From: Geosiphon pyriformis uo1 | Lineage: Eukaryota > Fungi > Glomeromycota | Assembly: GCA_016748015.1 (NCBI GenBank) | Contig: JAAOMT010000762.1 | Location: 124,001 to 188,000 of the forward strand | Length of the DNA stretch: 64,000 nt | Reading direction: 5' to 3' | Shown here: piece by piece, positions 60,356-64,000 of the stretch | Layout of the letters: every line of letters begins with the position of its first letter | Numbering within the stretch: position 1 is the first letter of the stretch | Made by a program: the position numbers and the translations under genes | The notes under the pieces: generated by a model | What the model was told of the DNA's origin: nothing | Seen by the model: only the letters and a program-made list of their open reading frames with translations | The model's database searches: none

Positions 60356-63300
60356 ATAGCAAGTTGGTTTTCAGTAAGATAAATTGGAATTGTTGCAATT
60401 TTTTCTTTTGGCTTAAGTTCTCCAAACTTAATTTCCTTCTGGTCATTTTTGTTGAGTAAGAGAATGTTAAGTGCATAGCATTCTGGACACTATTTGTCAT
60501 TACAAGGCATAATGCATTCTTCACACAATTGAATGTTCATCTGCTCTAATCATTGAATTTAAGCTTTTTGAGTCGAATAAGTGTAACTTCAATTTGGTGG
60601 TATGTTTCTACTTTATCTTCATAGTTGAATCTAGCTAATTCTATTGTATACTCAATATATTCTGCTTTTTTCATTTGGCAGACATTTTTTTGTATGGCTC
60701 CATTAATTAAAGCCATTGCTAAGTCAAAGATTATTTCAGTATCATAAGGGTAGTGGTAAAGTTTGTTAAGAACACTGTTGTATGCTGCATTAAAAGATGT
60801 TCCTTTTCTGACTTTTTCTGAAATTGATAGAGCATATTGACAAGTTTGATCACATACTTCTCCTCTCATTGCAATATTAATCCAGTTGTATTCTTCTGGT
60901 AGCATATTTCCACATGTAAGACAAGAAGTGTTGTCCTATTTTCTACTTCTTTTGGGATATTCAAATTGTTTCTTATGGCATTTTTTGCAAAAGTAGCAGG
61001 TATAAGTTTCATATTTTTCTTCTGAAGAAATACATGCTCCCATTGATAAAAGTTTTTTGTTGCAATCTTTGCATTTAAGTGGAATATAGGGTGGTTGTTT
61101 CTATGGTTCTGATATAGAATATCTAATTACATTCTATTCTCTGGTTTCCTCAAAGATTTTTTGTTTTGTTTTCTTGGCCCAACTGGATGTTGATTCAAAA
61201 GTCATAAAGGTTTCAGTAATTGGTAGTTTTTTTTCTTCTTCAAATTCGAATACTGGAGCTTTTTCAGATTTTTTATTAAAAGTACCACAGATAATAGGTA
61301 CTTTAGTGTATTGTTCTTGGTATGAAATCTTCAATTCTTGGGTTTTTCAATCTAAATTTATATTGGCCTTGAAAAGCCAATCATTTCTGATAAGAGCTTG
61401 ATATTGTGGTGCATCCATAATTAAAATTTTGACTGGAATAGTGATTCCATCAATTGTAAATAGGAAGTTGTCAATTTCTCTTACTGGTGTCTTTTTTATC
61501 TCATTTGCTATAACAATGACAGTTTGGGCTGGTCTGTCAACAGTTTTTTGAAGCTGTTGTATCAATTGGTAAGTGATAATACTTCCAGCTGATTCATTGT
61601 TTAAGATTAACTGAATTAGTTTTCCTTCAATTTTAGCTTTAGTATATATTGCTGTAATTGCTTTTTGTTTATTAACTGCTGTATTGGTAAGCAAGAATGG
61701 TGATTTATTGGCTTCAAATTCAAATAGAAATATATCTGAGAGGTTGGCATTTTGAGTAATTTGAGCTGGTAGAATAGTATTGTTAGAAGGATTTGATCTT
61801 GGTGCTGCAACTTTATCTTTAGAAAGTGCAGTTTATTAAAAATCCGATTCTTTAGACATTGTGAGATAATTGAGTTGGGTGTGATAGTAATTGGGTCTTT
61901 GCTGATCAGAATTTTGGAAAACCAATTGGTTGTTTGAATTGATTCTGTTGTTATTGTTCTAAAATTGATTTTGAGGTATAAATTGGTTAAGTTGAAACAC
62001 TTTTTAGACTGGTACTTGATATTGTTGTGTAGGTGGTTGTTGATACTGTTGAATTAATAGAGGTTGTTGGTATTGTTGCTGTAGAGCAGGTTGATAGTAA
62101 TTGGTTTGCTATTGGGATTTGAGAAATAGTAGGCTAGTAGTGAAGACTGATAATAAGATTGCTGTGTTGAAGAGTAACATTAATTATTCCTGTTTTGTTG
62201 GTCTCTTTGTAGCTTTCTGCAATCTTGTTTCCAATGTTCTGGAATCTTACAATAGTGGCAACTTTGGCTTTGGCTATTTGATAATGAGTAGTTGTTTTGG
62301 TTTTGTCACTGTAATGGCTGATATTTTTGTGATTGTTGCTGTTGTTGTTAATTGGTAAAATAGTTCTCAATTTTTTTTGTAAGTTGGTCAATTTTTTCTT
62401 TAGCTGCTGAGCTGGTTTCTCCAATAGCAAGATTCACAAGTTTGGTATAATTTGCTTCTTTCATTGCCATTTTATAGTTCTTTGTATGTCTAATAGCTGT
62501 TGTTAAATTTTTTGAGACATATGGGTAAACTTTCTTGATTAACTTGTTTTTCAATTCTGCTATAAACTGATCTAAAATCTGGGCATTGGAATAGTATTTA
62601 TTGGTTTCCAATTGTCAAATTCATTAAAGAAGTTTGTTGAATTTCCCAAAATAGGTTATAACAATTTTAGATGTTTCTTGTTTAATATTATGAAAGTGAT
62701 TGTAAAGAGTAATAGAGATGTTGTTGTTGGTAAATTGTTATAAGAAAGCATCTTTGAATGCTTGCCAGTTTTCAAATAGTTCTTCTAAGTTTTCAAACCA
62801 TTCTTTTGCAGTTCTTTGAAGAAAGTATGGGATTGCTTTGAGCATTCTTGCTGCATTCCAACTATTTGTGTCTCCTGCTTTTTGAACTTTGTCAAGCCAT
62901 TCTTGAGAGCTGGTATTATTATCTTTACTGGTAAATTTTGTGATTTTTGCAATATAAACAGTTGTCATTTCTTCTTTGTTTTCTGTAGTTTCTTCTGGTT
63001 CTGATTTGGTTTCTTTACTTTCCAGATTCTCTGAATAATTACTTTCATTTTCCTGTAAATAATCAAAAAGATTAGTGCTAGTTGATATTGGTTTCTGTTG
63101 TTGAGTAGAATTTTTAAGTAACTGAAAATTTTCTGGTCTGGAAAAATAATTAAGTGGTGAATTTGGTGTTTGGGATTGAGTAAGTGAAATTAGAAATAGT
63201 GTAATAAAAAGTGGTAATTTGACACTGGTTCCTTGTTCAAATGTTTGTAAATGTTTGGCAGTTGTCTTTGGGGTCTTTAAAGTATTTAGGGTGGTACTTG

Positions 63301-63730
63301 AGTGTTGTTTTAGTTTTTGTTTGCCTTTGTTGCTTGTTTTTGTTTTTGATTCAAAGTCAATAAAATATTTGGACTGTACTGGATATGTTTCTTCACAATA
63401 CTTGATAATGTTAAAATTAAGTTTTTAGAAGTAGATGGCAAGTGTTTTATTATTAAGATCTTCAGTTCCCAACTGTGAATAGTGCACTAAATTATTGTAA
63501 AGATTGCTTCTAACTTCTGAAATATTGTAATTTTCAAGAAGATAATTGTTGATGTGGTTTTCAATATACTGGTAAAGTGTCTTCTTAACAATTTTAATTC
63601 CGTCTGTAATGTTGAATCTTTGCTTGCAATGGGTGTAAATTGACTGATAATACTCTAGAGTTGTTGTGTCTGGTGTGATCGCCACTTTGAAGTTGTTATT
63701 GTTGTGTTATTTCTATGGGAGAGCACCAAA

Positions 63731-64000
63731 TGTTACCAGAGATTTTTGGTCTCTTTTCTTGACTGTTGTTAATATTTGTCTGTTGCTACTTTCACGTTTT
63801 TTGGAAGCAGTTGAACCTCCAATAACTGAATTTATATTCAAATTATCTTCTATAATTTGAACTGCTGGACTTATGAGTAAAATAGCCAATTCCATACCAG
63901 TTATTTTGTATAGTTACATTGTAGTAAATGTCAACTCTTTCCCAGGAATTGCTCATCTGGAAGCTCACTAAAAATGTATAGTTACTTTGCTGTAAAAGTC
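63731..64000 (-). repeat. 5' LTR of C (partial)
   Basis: Direct repeat of 54825-55095. Confidence 0.92.

Larger units (their letters stand above)
54825..64000 (-). mobile_element. Gypsy family C element (gag, protease, Cys-rich domain, dUTPase, RT, RNase H, integrase, ORF3); 5' LTR runs off the window
   Basis: 3' LTR 54825-55797; 5' LTR from 63731; PBS TGGTGCTCTCCCATAG at 63713-63728; PPT about 55798-55810; gag 62738-62968, protease 61347-61694, dUTPase about 59925-60355, RT 59056-59277. Confidence 0.92.

Overview
Eukaryotic, AT-rich fungal DNA. The element families, short introns and gene style suggest Glomeromycotina (Geosiphon-like); this is inference. About 90% of the window is decayed retroelements around a small island of two intron-containing host genes on the minus strand: DNA polymerase eta (RAD30/POLH, 48910-51642) and YRA1/ALYREF (52137-53426). 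The retroelements form a resolvable nest. A Ty3/Gypsy family-B element (B2, 9079-46261, TSD ATAT) sits in the gag of another family-B copy (B1). B2 carries a full-length APE-RT-RNase H LINE (12390-19295), a family-A Gypsy (A2, 32225-42213), a 125-bp poly(A) retrocopy and an ORF1-only non-LTR element (19371-31853), which itself contains another family-A Gypsy (A1, 21127-31161). Further Gypsy copies lie at 1-5890 (A0) and 54825->64000 (family C). Most notable: (1) a HAL1-like ORF1-only retroposon family with direct evidence of TPRT mobilisation; (2) Gypsy families A and C with a Cys-rich domain, a dUTPase and a dUTPase-like relic inside pol; (3) a soluble, non-env third ORF after integrase in families A, B and C; (4) strong C>T/G>A hypermutation not limited to CpG; (5) a long YRA1 intron at the position of the yeast autoregulatory intron.
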